64,000 nucleotides of DNA from Octopus bimaculoides (Eukaryota), in NCBI RefSeq assembly GCF_001194135.2, contig NC_068984.1, positions 66,216,275 through 66,280,274 of the forward strand. The letters are read 5' to 3'. The position numbers and the translations under genes were made by a program. Positions 51,676-63,958 of this stretch are shown here, piece after piece (positions within the stretch are counted from its first letter, which is position 1; each line of letters opens with the position of its first letter). The notes below the pieces were generated by a model. That model was not told where the DNA came from, did not search any database, and saw only the letters and a list, made by a program, of their open reading frames with translations.

Positions 51676-53207
51676 TTTACAAAAATCTATGTATGTACTA
51701 TTAAACTTTGGAATGAAATTGAAGATATAACATTTTGTACAAAACTCATTTAGATTATTCATAAGACAGTTGACTAATAAACTATGGGACGAATTCAAAA
51801 ACATAACCTATTATAGATACAACATTTATATTATTCATATAATTCATAAAACTGATGAATAAATACTTTAAATAAAGTATGATTTGTGTACGTACATATG
51901 TGTGTGTGTGTGTGTGTATGTATGTGTGTGTATCATGTGTGTGTGTGTGTGTGTATGTATGTGTGTGTATGTGCATGTGTGTGTGTGTGTATGTGTGTGT
52001 GTGCATGTATTTACAGGAGCAACTTCTGTGGTTTGTTCACAGCAACTGTGGTTTCAAATTCAGCCATATTAACTTTTCTCTGTTTCGAATATAAGGACAT
52101 ACCATAGTACAATGTATTAAGATTTGTTCAAGCTTTATCAATATAGTTTTGGCGTAGCAGAGTAATATTATACATAGATTATATTTTTGATTTCAATCCA
52201 TAGTTAAGATTGTTTACTTCTTGATGGAAAGATAAAAATAATGGATAACAACTCCCAATGCAGAAGAAGTGACAAGTGTCTAATAAAGAATATTTTTATA
52301 AAAATATATTTTCCCAAGACTATATTTCCAGTGCTATGTACGTGGACTTCACACTATCTCAAGAAGGAAACAATTCTGAAGAATTATTCCATTTTTGTAT
52401 TTGATTTGCAAGATTCTTGATGTGAATTTGTGCATTGAAACAAATTTTGTTGCATCCTGAGAGTGTAATTACACCAATAATAATAGCACACACACAGGTT
52501 CAATTCCACTTCTTTATTATTAGTCAATCCAACTGTCTAATCACTGAAAAGGTTGCTAACAGCAATGAAAGAAATTTGATGTACAAATAAACTGATTGAC
52601 TGTTTAACCAATATGCTGGACAAATGATCAATTAATTAGTTGGTTAGTTACTCAATCAACTGACTAATAAAAAGAAGTAGAATGGGGTCTGTGCATGTGT
52701 TGTTATTATTATCGGCATAATGACTAGACACAGCAAAATTCTAAAGAAACAACTTTGAAAATAAAATTATGTGTTTTATGTACACATAAGACCTTTTTAT
52801 AAATTTCAAAATAACCATGGAATTTCTGCAGGATCAGCTAGTTTTCATTATTGCATTGACATTGTGTATATTTAATTTTCTAATGAGCTGAGCCCATAAT
52901 TGAAGCTGTAGCTAATTAACTTCACTTTGTAAAAAGCATCACAGTCATGCTTTCTAATTTTATCCTTTCCTAAGCAATGGTGTTGTTTTGCGAGACAAGA
53001 GCAACCTTCATTTATGATTGTTTGAAATAAGTTCACAACACAGATTAAGTTTCCAGTGGTGACCTTTTCATTTTTAATTTTCATATACCTGCATCAGACA
53101 TGATAACATCTGTAACAAATATCCCACTAATCATAGGATTTGGGTACACTTCCATCATTATCAAGCAATTTGTAAAGCCTTATGTCATTATCAACGCTAA
53201 ACAACAC

Positions 53208-53307
53208 CTCGGAACTTTCCAGGAAGTAGCTTGTACTCGGAAATTCCCAAGAAGTCCATTCCTCGGAACTTTCCAGGAAGTCCCAGCCTCAAAACTTTCC
53301 ATGAAGT
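53208..53307. promoter_or_regulatory. 4x tandem 20-bp motif CTCGGAACTTTCCAGGAAGT (kB-like + GAS/STAT-like + ETS-like)
   Basis: Units start at 53208, 53236, 53262 and 53288; units 1 and 3 identical; regulatory role is inferred. Confidence 0.5.
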
Positions 53308-53399
53308 AGCCCATATGTGTTTTGGGGAAAGAGGATCTTTTGAAGTGGGCGTCAAATGAAAAGAGACATGGACAGTTTTATGACTGAACTTCTTTTGAA

Positions 53400-53810
53400 G
53401 TTTGCATGAGACGGAAGAATCGATGTGTGTGCGTGTGTGTGTGTGTATGTTTGATGGGGTGTGCGAGACAGAGAGAGAAAGAAAGAGAGAGATAACTGAA
53501 ATTTTCTATTCAGTTTTTGTAGTGAGTGAATGTGTGAGTGATTGACGGTGAAAAAAACGAGAGAGAGAGAGTAAATATGTTTGTAAGTATGTATGTGTGA
53601 ATGGCTTCAGTGACACACACTCACATACACGCACGCATGCAGGTTGATTTAATCGATTTTCTCGGTAACTATGGGGGCTAGGAAAAAATACAAAGCACGT
53701 TCCAATCCATGCACCCGTCTCCACATGTGTGCCATTTTTCACGCGAATCCACCCAGCCGTTTGACCATGAACCTCGAGACAAGAAAGAATACAACAGTCG
53801 CCAATGTTCA
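53400..53810. promoter_or_regulatory. CpG-retaining promoter-like patch
   Basis: About 11 CpG in 53601-53810, far above the surroundings; (GA)n/(GT)n runs; Inr-like TCAGTT near 53510; donor ttt|gtaagt near 53583. Confidence 0.4.
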
Positions 53811-53825
53811 ATTTATATTATAGAT

Positions 53826-53988
53826 ATATGACAGGCTTCTTTCAATTTCTGTCTACGAAATCCATTCACAAGCTTTTGGTGGGTCTGAGACTATTGTAGA
53901 AAACATTTGCCCTAGGTGCTACGCAGTGGGATTGAACCCGGAACCATGTGGTTGGGAAGTAAGCTCCTTACTACACAGCCATTCTTGC
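53826..53988 (-). mobile_element. SINE family A, 5' half
   Basis: gacaggcttctttcaatttctgtctac...gaacccggaaccatgtggttgggaag. Confidence 0.85.
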
Positions 53989-54399
53989 ACTTTTTTGTAA
54001 CACTCTGCTGCTTTCATATTTACATACATTTAATAAGAAATTTGCATTTCCTCTATATAATAGTTTCAACTCTTACACATGCATGTACATAAATTAAATA
54101 GCAGAAGTGCATGTAGATATTTTCCAAGAATTGTATCTTGTAGCTTGCGTTACAGTTCTTTTGAAGTTTTAAAGCTCTAAATGATATGAGGATAAAGCAA
54201 AAATATTGAAATGAAAGGTTGATTGAAAAGGAAAATATTTTGCCATTCAAATATCTACATTAACAGAAAGTAGTGTTTTGGATATTCAATTAGTAAGTAA
54301 CAGAGGAAGAATTTCACTGTTAAATGTAAAACAATGTAGAGATGTTTATATTTAAGGAAAAAATACAATGAAAGTTAGAAATGATGATGAAGTAGAAAT

Positions 54400-54710
54400 G
54401 TAAAATTCCAACTAGGATATAACATCAATGATCAAAGGAACACATACTGAGCTACTTAACAAAATTGGTAGTTTTCAAACTTTACACTTTAATACAAAGT
54501 TCAACAACAAACCTAAACAGAAACCATCCAAAAGCCAAGAAACTCTGGTCACAACAATGACATCAAAAGATGTCGACATGATAAACGAAAAATTATGTAA
54601 AACATGAGATGAACATTTAGCACCAAATGATCATTATATAAGTTTTATTTACATCAAGAGAGAAATACCAGGGAATATCAATAATATTATTGAAAATACT
54701 ATTGATTTGT
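54400..54710 (+). pseudogene. Highly decayed Penelope-like RT C-terminal relic
   Basis: ..SKDVDMINEKLCKT*DEHLAPNDHY..IPGNINNII resembles the PLE pattern S.NV.TNIG..FL..ID.HFP..H.Y...PN...II. Confidence 0.35.
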
Positions 54711-54975
54711 TATATAGACACAGACACAAAGCCTCAAATTAATTAGTCTTGTATGGCAGCTTTATATTGTTTTGTCTGTCTTCATCATTTCCTAAATGCT
54801 CTCAGTTATATTATGTACATTCTGCTTCTTGTTTCTGTTCATTGAGACAATGGATACCCTTCCTTCCGTCAAGGTTACTGAATTATCCACTTAATGTTTT
54901 TACTACATTACAGAGCTGCAGGTGATTTGTTTTTATTTTGAATTTATATCGTTGACTACTTTAAAATTTTCATTC

Positions 54976-55674
54976 TTAACCCTTTCACTGTGAAATTAAA
55001 GTTCATGGTTATTTCAGTAATGAAGTTAAATATTGTTACGATCAGACAAATTAATAATGTAAGAAAAAGGGGTAACCTTCTGATCGCAACAACAAAGTGT
55101 TCAAACAGGGAAGTAAATGTTCATATATGGAGATTATGTCCAGTCTCAATGGTTTCAAGGTAGGCAGTGAATGGTCCGACCCGTATGCATCTCCGTCTCT
55201 CATTCTGGTTCTATCCGCGCCAAGCTCCAGCTATCTTCCCCGCTCCCCTTTTTAACAGAAAGTACGAGATTACCTGCCTTGCTCGTTAACAGGAAGTGTA
55301 CGAGGTTACCTGTCTCGTACTATGCTAACTTCCTGTATATATAATTGGTTATCCATACCAACGTTATTTCATTTCTGCCAAACGGTCGTTGACAAACGTT
55401 TATCTCGCCACCTTCGGAAAATATAGGGTAAGTTCTCACCCTTCATTATCTTATCGGAATACATAACAATATTTATGGAAAAAAAAAAATCATATAGAAT
55501 TGGTATTTTTTGCAAGTCACATTGCTTCAATAAACTTAACATATCTGAAGAGAAAATAGTTTCAACCATGACATTTCTCAACAAAAGGTAGATTGGTATA
55601 TAAAACTGTTTTCCACAGGTAAAGGTAATGAAATTTTGAGTGAATATATTTGCTTTGCATAGTAAAAGGGTTAA
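54976..55674. mobile_element. TTAA MITE hosting a solo LTR
   Basis: TIRs TTAA-CCCTTTCACTGTG ... CATAGTAAAAGGG-TTAA. Confidence 0.75.
55034..55468. mobile_element. Solo LTR, 435 bp
   Basis: TGTTA...TAACA termini, 4-bp TSD ATAT (55030-33 and 55469-72), CpG-rich, TATA-like tatatataa near 55337. Confidence 0.85.
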
Positions 55675-57465
55675 AAGCAAAAATCCTTTTGTATATAATC
55701 AGATATTTTTTTGTTTTATGATCAAAAAGTGATATTGAAAACATTGACATTATTTAACAATTTCCTGACATGCTGAAGAGACCACCAATCTTTTTGTTGC
55801 TTCTCCAAAAATTACTTTAGGGTTCTGTTTTGAACAAGAAAGTTTGCAAATGTGCCCCAAAACAGCTTTTTAAATTTTTAATTCCTTCTTTCTTCTTCCC
55901 ATTTTTTTGTTTTAAACTTTTTCAAAACTCCTTTGTATTTTTTGGCGGTAGAAGAAGAGGGTGGGAATTCTATATTTAAAATAAGGGAGGTACAATAATG
56001 GAAAAATATTTTTTCAAATTCTCTCTTTTACTCTTTTACTTGTTTTAGTCATTTGACTGTGACCATGCTGAAGCATTGCCTTTAGTCGAGCAAATTGACC
56101 CCAGGACTTATTCTTTGTAAGCCTAGTATGTTTCTATATTTTTGCTTCACCATATCAAAAACATTAAAAAAAATGTAAGTCAAGTTTAAGTGCAGTTAAA
56201 TTGTAGCAGAGGTACAATTTTTCAGGACAAGGCTTGAAACAAACCTAAAAATCAAGTCTTCAACACTGTAACATTGTATATAATATAATCTAATATTCTT
56301 AAACTTGTTTACATTACTTCCTGTAATAGTTCATAATTTCCTTCAGTGCTTCTTTATTTAAACAGCTTTATTATTTTTTTTTTTCAAATAATAATGTTAA
56401 AGAATAATAATAAAAGAATTATATGCGATAAGATGTATGCTCTTCTCTCTCTTTATATACTCAGAAGTAATTTTCTTCCCCGAACAGCAACTCTCTTTCA
56501 TTTTCTATCTCTACAACATTATACACAGCTTCCAATAAGATCACTATATATAAACAGAATATGTGTTTTATGTGTGTAAATGGTATTTCTTGTAGAACAA
56601 CTTGCTTCCCCACTTCTGTTTTAAATGTTAGTTTTCTTTTTCTATGTAAAGACATACTGTAGAAGTATTTGTTCGTCAGTAAAGAACTTAAAATTTCAAT
56701 ATTTGTAGGCTTGGCCCAAGTGTATATTGTATGTAGCTAATAACTTCCTGAAGGTTCAGCTTCCTTTTGTTTTCATGCTGCAAACTGTCATCCACCATCC
56801 TCCTCCTCATCATCATTATCATTATCATCGTCATCTTCATCATAATCATCATCGTAACAGATGAGTTCATTTATAAAATATTTAGCCACATCATCTCTTG
56901 AGTGTTTCATTAACAAAGACTGATTATCAGTTAGATAATGTAAATCATATAGTCAAATAGTATTGATTGTCAAGTCTTCAGAGATGTGAAACTCTCATTT
57001 GTATGATTATTTGTTGTAGAGTGTAAAATTTAAACTGCACCATATAAACAAAAACACACACACACACACACAAACATATGCACACACATACATACACACA
57101 AACATACATACATGGATACATACATACAAACATACAAACATACATACATACATACATATATCTATTTACATATAAGAAAATGAGATGATGAATAAAAAAT
57201 AAAAAATTAAAGAATACTTTCAAATACAATCCACTACCTATTTAAAAATTTGTTCTCACTCTTATAAAATTGATCCAACAACCCTACCATCACATGTAAT
57301 GTTTCTACATTTTTGCTTCACCATACCAAAAACATATTAAAAAAAGTCAAGTTTAAGCACAGTTAAATTATCTTATGAACTTCATTAGCATGGAGCTGTT
57401 TCTGATATAAGATGCAGTGGACTCATACTTGAGTGCCTCGGCAACCCCTTATAGCTTCATTGGAG

Positions 57466-57511
<46 letters not shown>

Positions 57512-58065
57512 GACACACACACATGATTAATGACATTGATCATTCAGGAAGAATTGACTATCGTAACTCATTAATCAACAACAGTATGAAAAATAATTTT
57601 TGTTAAATTGTCTGTGTTCTCTTTGTTATTTATTTATTTATTTATTCATTTATTATGCTGATCTATAATCTATAATCAATATTATTCAAATCTTGATCAG
57701 TCCATAGTTTTTTCTGAACATTGCATGCCAAGGACTGTTTTCAGAATTGTAGGGTGTAATTTGAGGGAAGTTTGGCTGCTATCTTTAGCAAGTTAAATTT
57801 TAGCTTGTTTTCTTAATTATCTTTTATCTTCTACCATTTACTTGTTCCAGTCATTGGACTGAGGCCATACTGGGGCATCACCTTGAAGAGTTTTAGTCGA
57901 ATGAATCAACCCCAGTAGTTATTTTTTAAAAGAGTGGTACTTATTTTATTGGTCTCTTACATGAAAATGCTAAGTTATGGAGATGTAAAGAAACCAACAC
58001 CAGTTGTCAAGCATAACCACACACACGTATACACAATATACACATGTGTGTATATATATATATAT

Positions 58066-58096
<31 letters not shown>

Positions 58097-58381
58097 NNNN
58101 NNNNNNNNNNNNNNNNNNNNNNNNNNNNNNNNNNNNNNNNNNNNNNNNNNNNNNNNNNNNNNNNNNNNNNNNNNNNNNNNNNNNNNNNNNNNNNNNNNNN
58201 NNNNNNNNNNNNNNNNNNNNNNNNNNNNNNNNNNNNNNNNNNNNNNNNNNNNNNNNNNNNNNNNNNNNNNNNNNNNNNNNNNNNNNNNNNNNNNNNNNNN
58301 NNNNNNNNNNNNNNNNNNNNNNNNNNNNNNNNNNNNNNNNNNNNNNNNNNNNNNNNNNNNNNNNNNNNNNNNNNNNNNNNN
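58097..58381. other. Assembly gap
   Basis: N-run. Confidence 1.
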
Positions 58382-58472
58382 TATATATATATATATATAT
58401 ATATATCATAAATAAATCATAAATACAAAAGAGAAGCACACTCTAATTATTAGAGCAGAGCAATAGAGTATT

Positions 58473-58665
58473 TAGATAAAGATAGTTATGGCTGGTCTAA
58501 GGGGTTACCCACGGTTTCATGTCCTTAAAGCACTTAGCTTTATGGTGTCACTTCAGACCTTAATGGCTGGGCCATTAGTGTCTGAAGGGACACTGTAAAA
58601 CTAAGCACTTTATGGATGTGAAACTGTGAGTAACCTCATAGACTGGCCACAACTATCTTTATTTA
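58473..58665. mobile_element. ~190-bp imperfect palindrome with hammerhead-like modules in both arms
   Basis: taaagatagttatggctggtcta...taatggc tgg gccatta...tagactggccacaactatcttta; CTGAAG(G/T)..GAAA-C(C/T)GTG(G/A)G-TA-ACC reading outward. Confidence 0.75.
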
Positions 58666-59486
58666 ATATATATATATATATATATATAATGGGCTTCCTT
58701 CATTTCCATTTACCAAATCCCCTCACAAGTGTTTGATTGACATGGGGCAATAGGATTATAGTAGAATACACTTGACAATAGTAGAAGACACTTATCCAAA
58801 GTGTCATGCAGTGGGACTGAAATCAAAACCATATGGTTAGGAAGCAAACTTCTTACCACATGTCCTCATCTGCACCAATTATAATTTTACCTTTTTTTTC
58901 TTGTATGCGTTGGTTTATATTTTGAATACTGATATTTCTTTCAATCCAACATGAAAAAATGTCACTCAAAATTTGGCAGGAATACTTCAATAAATAACTA
59001 ATTTAATGCTTATTTTCCATTTCATTTTAGTTCACATATTGAATAAAATGTGATTTGTTTCTTTTTTCATGTGCGTGTAAAACCATTATATATTGTACTG
59101 TCATTGTATACAAGTCATGTATCACCAGTTAAAAAGCAACTTAAAATATTACAAATTAAATGAAATGTGACATTTTTTTTTCGTGTGAATGTTCACTATT
59201 TCTTTTTAACAGCCTATTCACATTTCATGCACACATACACCTATTTATAAGACTGTCAGATTGTGGAAGAAAATAACAAACAACACCTTCAGAGATAATG
59301 TTAAATCTTGGCTGGGAAACTTGCTTTCAGATTGCCAAGAAGATAGGAAAGTGGTCAAAATGAATTACTTGAAAGTTAATAGAGAAAAACCTTTTTACCT
59401 ATGTATCATTTACGTGCCATTGACTATATTCTATCTGTTTGTTTGTCTCTCAATGTGTGTATGTATGTATGCATATATGTATGTAT

Positions 59487-60046
59487 NNNNNNNNNNNNNN
59501 NNNNNNNNNNNNNNNNNNNNNNNNNNNNNNNNNNNNNNNNNNNNNNNNNNNNNNNNNNNNNNNNNNNNNNNNNNNNNNNNNNNNNNNNNNNNNNNNNNNN
59601 NNNNNNNNNNNNNNNNNNNNNNNNNNNNNNNNNNNNNNNNNNNNNNNNNNNNNNNNNNNNNNNNNNNNNNNNNNNNNNNNNNNNNNNNNNNNNNNNNNNN
59701 NNNNNNNNNNNNNNNNNNNNNNNNNNNNNNNNNNNNNNNNNNNNNNNNNNNNNNNNNNNNNNNNNNNNNNNNNNNNNNNNNNNNNNNNNNNNNNNNNNNN
59801 NNNNNNNNNNNNNNNNNNNNNNNNNNNNNNNNNNNNNNNNNNNNNNNNNNNNNNNNNNNNNNNNNNNNNNNNNNNNNNNNNNNNNNNNNNNNNNNNNNNN
59901 NNNNNNNNNNNNNNNNNNNNNNNNNNNNNNNNNNNNNNNNNNNNNNNNNNNNNNNNNNNNNNNNNNNNNNNNNNNNNNNNNNNNNNNNNNNNNNNNNNNN
60001 NNNNNNNNNNNNNNNNNNNNNNNNNNNNNNNNNNNNNNNNNNNNNN
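59487..60046. other. Assembly gap
   Basis: N-run. Confidence 1.
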
Positions 60047-60049
60047 ATA

Positions 60050-60205
60050 AATGACGGGCTTCTTTCAGTTTCTGTCTAACAAATCCACTCACGAGGCTTT
60101 GGTCGTCCCAAGGCTATAGTAGAAGACTCTTGCCCAAGGTACCACGCAGTGGGACTGAACCCGGAACCATGTGGTTGGAAGCAAGCTACTTACCACACAG
60201 CCACA
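60050..60205 (-). mobile_element. SINE family A, 5' half, well preserved
   Basis: atgacgggcttctttcagtttc...cagtgggactgaacccggaaccatgtggttggaagcaagctacttaccacacagccac. Confidence 0.9.
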
Positions 60206-60423
60206 TGTAAATACTTTATTATTAAAGCTCCAAAAACATGAAGTAATTCACTCATCAGACATGTAAACAATCTATGTCCATTGTTGGAAACACACACACA
60301 CATACACACATGTATGTATGCATATATTTATGTGCTTACTCTGTTACACACACACACACACACACACACANNNNNNNNNNNNNNNNNNNNNNNNNNNNNN
60401 NNNNNNNNNNNNNNNNNNNNNNN

Positions 60424-60465
<42 letters not shown>

Positions 60466-60540
60466 ATTACATCACAATGAAATAGTTCACTCATTTGATA
60501 TGCAAGCAATCTATGTTTGTTGTTGGACAAAAAAACTTAC

Positions 60541-60640
60541 AACACATCTGCAGAATATATGTGGTGCATAAGCGTGCTGCAGTAGACTGGTTGAATTCAT
60601 CGTTCCCATATTCTGTTACTGTATTTGCTGATGGCACTAT
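60541..60640. CDS. Candidate exon, strand unresolved
   Basis: Minus 60541-60636 (96 nt, phase 1-1, PSANTVTEYGNDEFNQSTAARLCTTYILQMC, donor gtaagt) or plus 60554-60640 (87 nt, phase 2-2, IYVVHKRAAVDWLNSSFPYSVTVFADGT, donor gtatgt). Confidence 0.35.
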
Positions 60641-61552
60641 GTATGTCACATGCAAGCAGGCATATAACATGTGAGTGTGTGTTTGTGTGTGTGTATGTGT
60701 GTGTGTGTGTCTGTATGAACAGAGATTAGTGATGTAAGTGCTATGTGAAGAAAACAAAGAGGGAAGAAGTAAAGAATGGGAGAGCAAGTAGAGAGAGTCA
60801 GAGCTTTACAGAAAGGTTAAGTTAGGGTTCAAGAGAAAACTAAGGAAAAAAGAAAAAAAAATGGTAAAGGGAGTGGGAAGCAAAGTGCAAAGCTGCTCCA
60901 AGTTATGCTTATGAACTAAAAATACTCAGATATGCATGCTTATTATCTTCCGTACCAGTTTTCACAACCAACTATCAACTATGAACATTTATATTTGTAG
61001 GCTACATACCATTTTCTATCCTTTTAGGAAAATATTCATATATTTAGAAATAAAATGATAAATTTGTGTGTTGCAGGGAGCATAACACAATGGTGTTATG
61101 GAACATTTTTTCTTATTGTTATAGATAAAAACCCATAACTGCTGGCATCCATAGTGGAAATCACCAATAATTTGGTGACAGGAGAATGGAAATGATATTT
61201 CCCTGGAACATTTCTTTTGAAAGAGTGATAAAATTAGATACAGATGTATTTTTTAGTGTGGAGGTGATAGAGATATTGTTAGATTCGCATTCAGATATCT
61301 ATCTCTGTATCGCTACAAAGGCAAATACACATGGCTGTTTAAGTTCTACACTATAGCTGTTGTGCAATATGAGGTAAACCTCTTCTAAACCACACACTAG
61401 GGCTTTTTTGCTGTATCATGGCGAATGTCTTTACCAGTGTGTTGCTAAAATAGTTTATTACCATTTATTTCATTATAGATATACTGGAGAACGAACATTG
61501 TTTTGTGAATAATTAATTAATTAACAGGAGTTCTATAGCAATTCTTTATTAG

Positions 61553-61948
61553 GTATTGGCATGGGTGTGTTGTAAAAAGTTTGCTTCCTAACCACATGGC
61601 TCTGGATTCAATTCTACTGTGTGGTACCTTGCATAAGTGACCAGAGACTTGTGGTGGACTTGGTCGATGGAAACTGAAAGAACCCATCATGTGAGTGTGT
61701 GAGCGCGAATGCTTGTATATGTGTGTATCAGTGTGTGTGTGTTGTCCCCCACCAGCACTTGACAACTGGTGCTGATGTATTTGCATCCCTGTAACTTAGT
61801 GGTTTGGCAAAAGTGACTGATAGAATAAGTATCAGGCTTGGAAAAAAAATTAAGTACTGGGGTTAATCCATTCAACTAAAATTCTTCAAGGTGGTGTCCA
61901 ACATGGCCACAGAGTAATGAATGAAACAAGTAAAAGTTAAAAGATAGG
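61553..61948 (+). mobile_element. SINE family A, full-length degenerate
   Basis: accacatggctctggattcaatt...ggaaactgaaagaa...ctgatagaataagta...gaaacaagtaaaag. Confidence 0.85.
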
Positions 61949-62258
61949 TAAATTCACCAATGTTAAAACTATGTGACTCAATCTTACACAAAGAAGGGCA
62001 TCCAGGTTATAATGCTCCTAGACATCTCTAAATTAACAAGATGATCTTGGCTGGAATATTTTTGATCATAGGTTTGCTCAGTCTTTCAAATCACACTATA
62101 TCATTCTTGAAAATGATAAATTGAATAATGTGATCCTGGATTCCCTTGCATTTAAGGAAAAGATGGAATGACTTAGCTGAAGCTGAAATGCTCTCGAGTC
62201 TATGTCTACTCAATCAGTGCTGACTTGGGCTAAACAACTCCCTCATTAGGAGCAGGGA

Positions 62259-62513
62259 TGGTTTTAAGCCAATTAGACAGATTTGTTTAAATAGAACCCA
62301 ACACCGAGAGAAGGCCCTGAGCACACACTTGAGTGGAGGATGCTATGATGAATTTTCAGTATATTGATGTAGCTAATGGTGAAGCCTCAAGCTCTCAATA
62401 ATTTTCAGCTGGGACTTGCATACTACATGAAACATAGAACATCAGCCTTCAGCATTTTGCAGGGTTGAGTGACAATTCTCTTATTGGCCCTTACACTTCC
62501 TAGTACCAGCCCT
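62259..62513. mobile_element. Possible hAT-type MITE
   Basis: CAGGGATGG ... CCAGCCCTG termini; no clear TSD. Confidence 0.35.
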
Positions 62514-62569
62514 GCCTAGTCAAAAATTCAATATTCCTTCTGATAGTTATTATTTTTCATCATTTAGGT

Positions 62570-62729
62570 CAGGCACAAGCAAGCTTTTGTGAAAAGGGGG
62601 CCACATGTGACATGGTTCATCATCAAGCAGGCCATGCTAGTGTAAAAAAAATTTCAAGATAATATTTGATTAGGTGTATCATTCAGAAAGTCCTGCAGGT
62701 TGCACATTTTCGCAGTTTGCCCATGACTG
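62570..62729. mobile_element. hAT (Charlie-type) MITE
   Basis: CAGGCACAAGCAA ... TTTGCCCATGACTG termini; 8-bp TSD ATTTAGGT / ATTTAGTT. Confidence 0.8.
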
Positions 62730-63277
62730 ATTTAGTTTCTGTTGTGTCTTCAGTCTAGAGTTTTCACAATTACATGTCTATGCTTATTTATACTTCATAA
62801 ATGGAATATTTTAGTCTTAAAGTTTTAGACATCGCTGTATAGTTTCTCATGCTTATATCAGTATTTCCTTTTGTCATTCTTTCATTATTTGTGAAATTTC
62901 TCTCTCAATAAACTCTGTTTCTATTCAGTTCTGTTCATACTTTGGGTTTCTTAGTTTGCTCTTAAGTATTTAGGTATCTTGAGCTGCATGATATTTTAGG
63001 TGGCTTCTCATCAAGTTATGGATAAAATCTCTGAGGCACCTGAGTTTGGTAAGTAAACTTTATTGTTCATTTCATACTTAATGACAGGATCTAAATGTCT
63101 GCTTCTCTCGAGCAAGCTATTGATCTTACTGTCAAGCTGGTCTCTTCATTTCAGTGGTTTGTGTTACATGCTCTTGTTACCTATGCACATTATGGGCATC
63201 CCTCAGGTGATGTTCATCAGCACTTGGTTTTAAGTACACATAACATGTATATCTATGTATGCATGTATGTATATATG

Positions 63278-63336
<59 letters not shown>

Positions 63337-63635
63337 ATATATATATATATATATATACACATGCACACAGACACAAATACATACATGCAAAGGTACACAT
63401 ATATAATATGTATATGTGCATTCACAAACACGCATATATATGCATATGCATATATATATATACAGATTTATATATGTCATAGTGCACCTGAGGCATGGTA
63501 TACAACAAGCTCATTTTTTATACTCAGATGTGCTCAGACATACTTACATAAAGACATACATTCATACATGCATGCACGCACACACACACACATACACACA
63601 CACACATATATATATTGTATGTGACTGTATATAAG

Positions 63636-63667
<32 letters not shown>

Positions 63668-63958
63668 TGAATATATGTCTTCAAGCATATGTGTGTGTAT
63701 GTGTATACATACATATATACATCCAAGCAAATATGCAGATGCATACCTACTCTATAAGGTGTGTAACATATGCAGATAACCACTCGAAGCTTTTCTATCT
63801 GCTGACTTTATTTTGACTGTTACCTTTTCCTATTTTATCTCTTTTTCTCATATGGTTCCTGGATAAGTATTTACATTCGTAGGTGTGAATTTGTATGCAT
63901 GTGTGTAAATGCATGAGTACGTATGTATGTACGTATGTATGTATACATGCATGTATGC

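Noticed and set aside
53208-53307. Repeat-spacer layout resembling a CRISPR array
   Set aside because: Spacers only 6-8 bp, eukaryotic context, no cas genes
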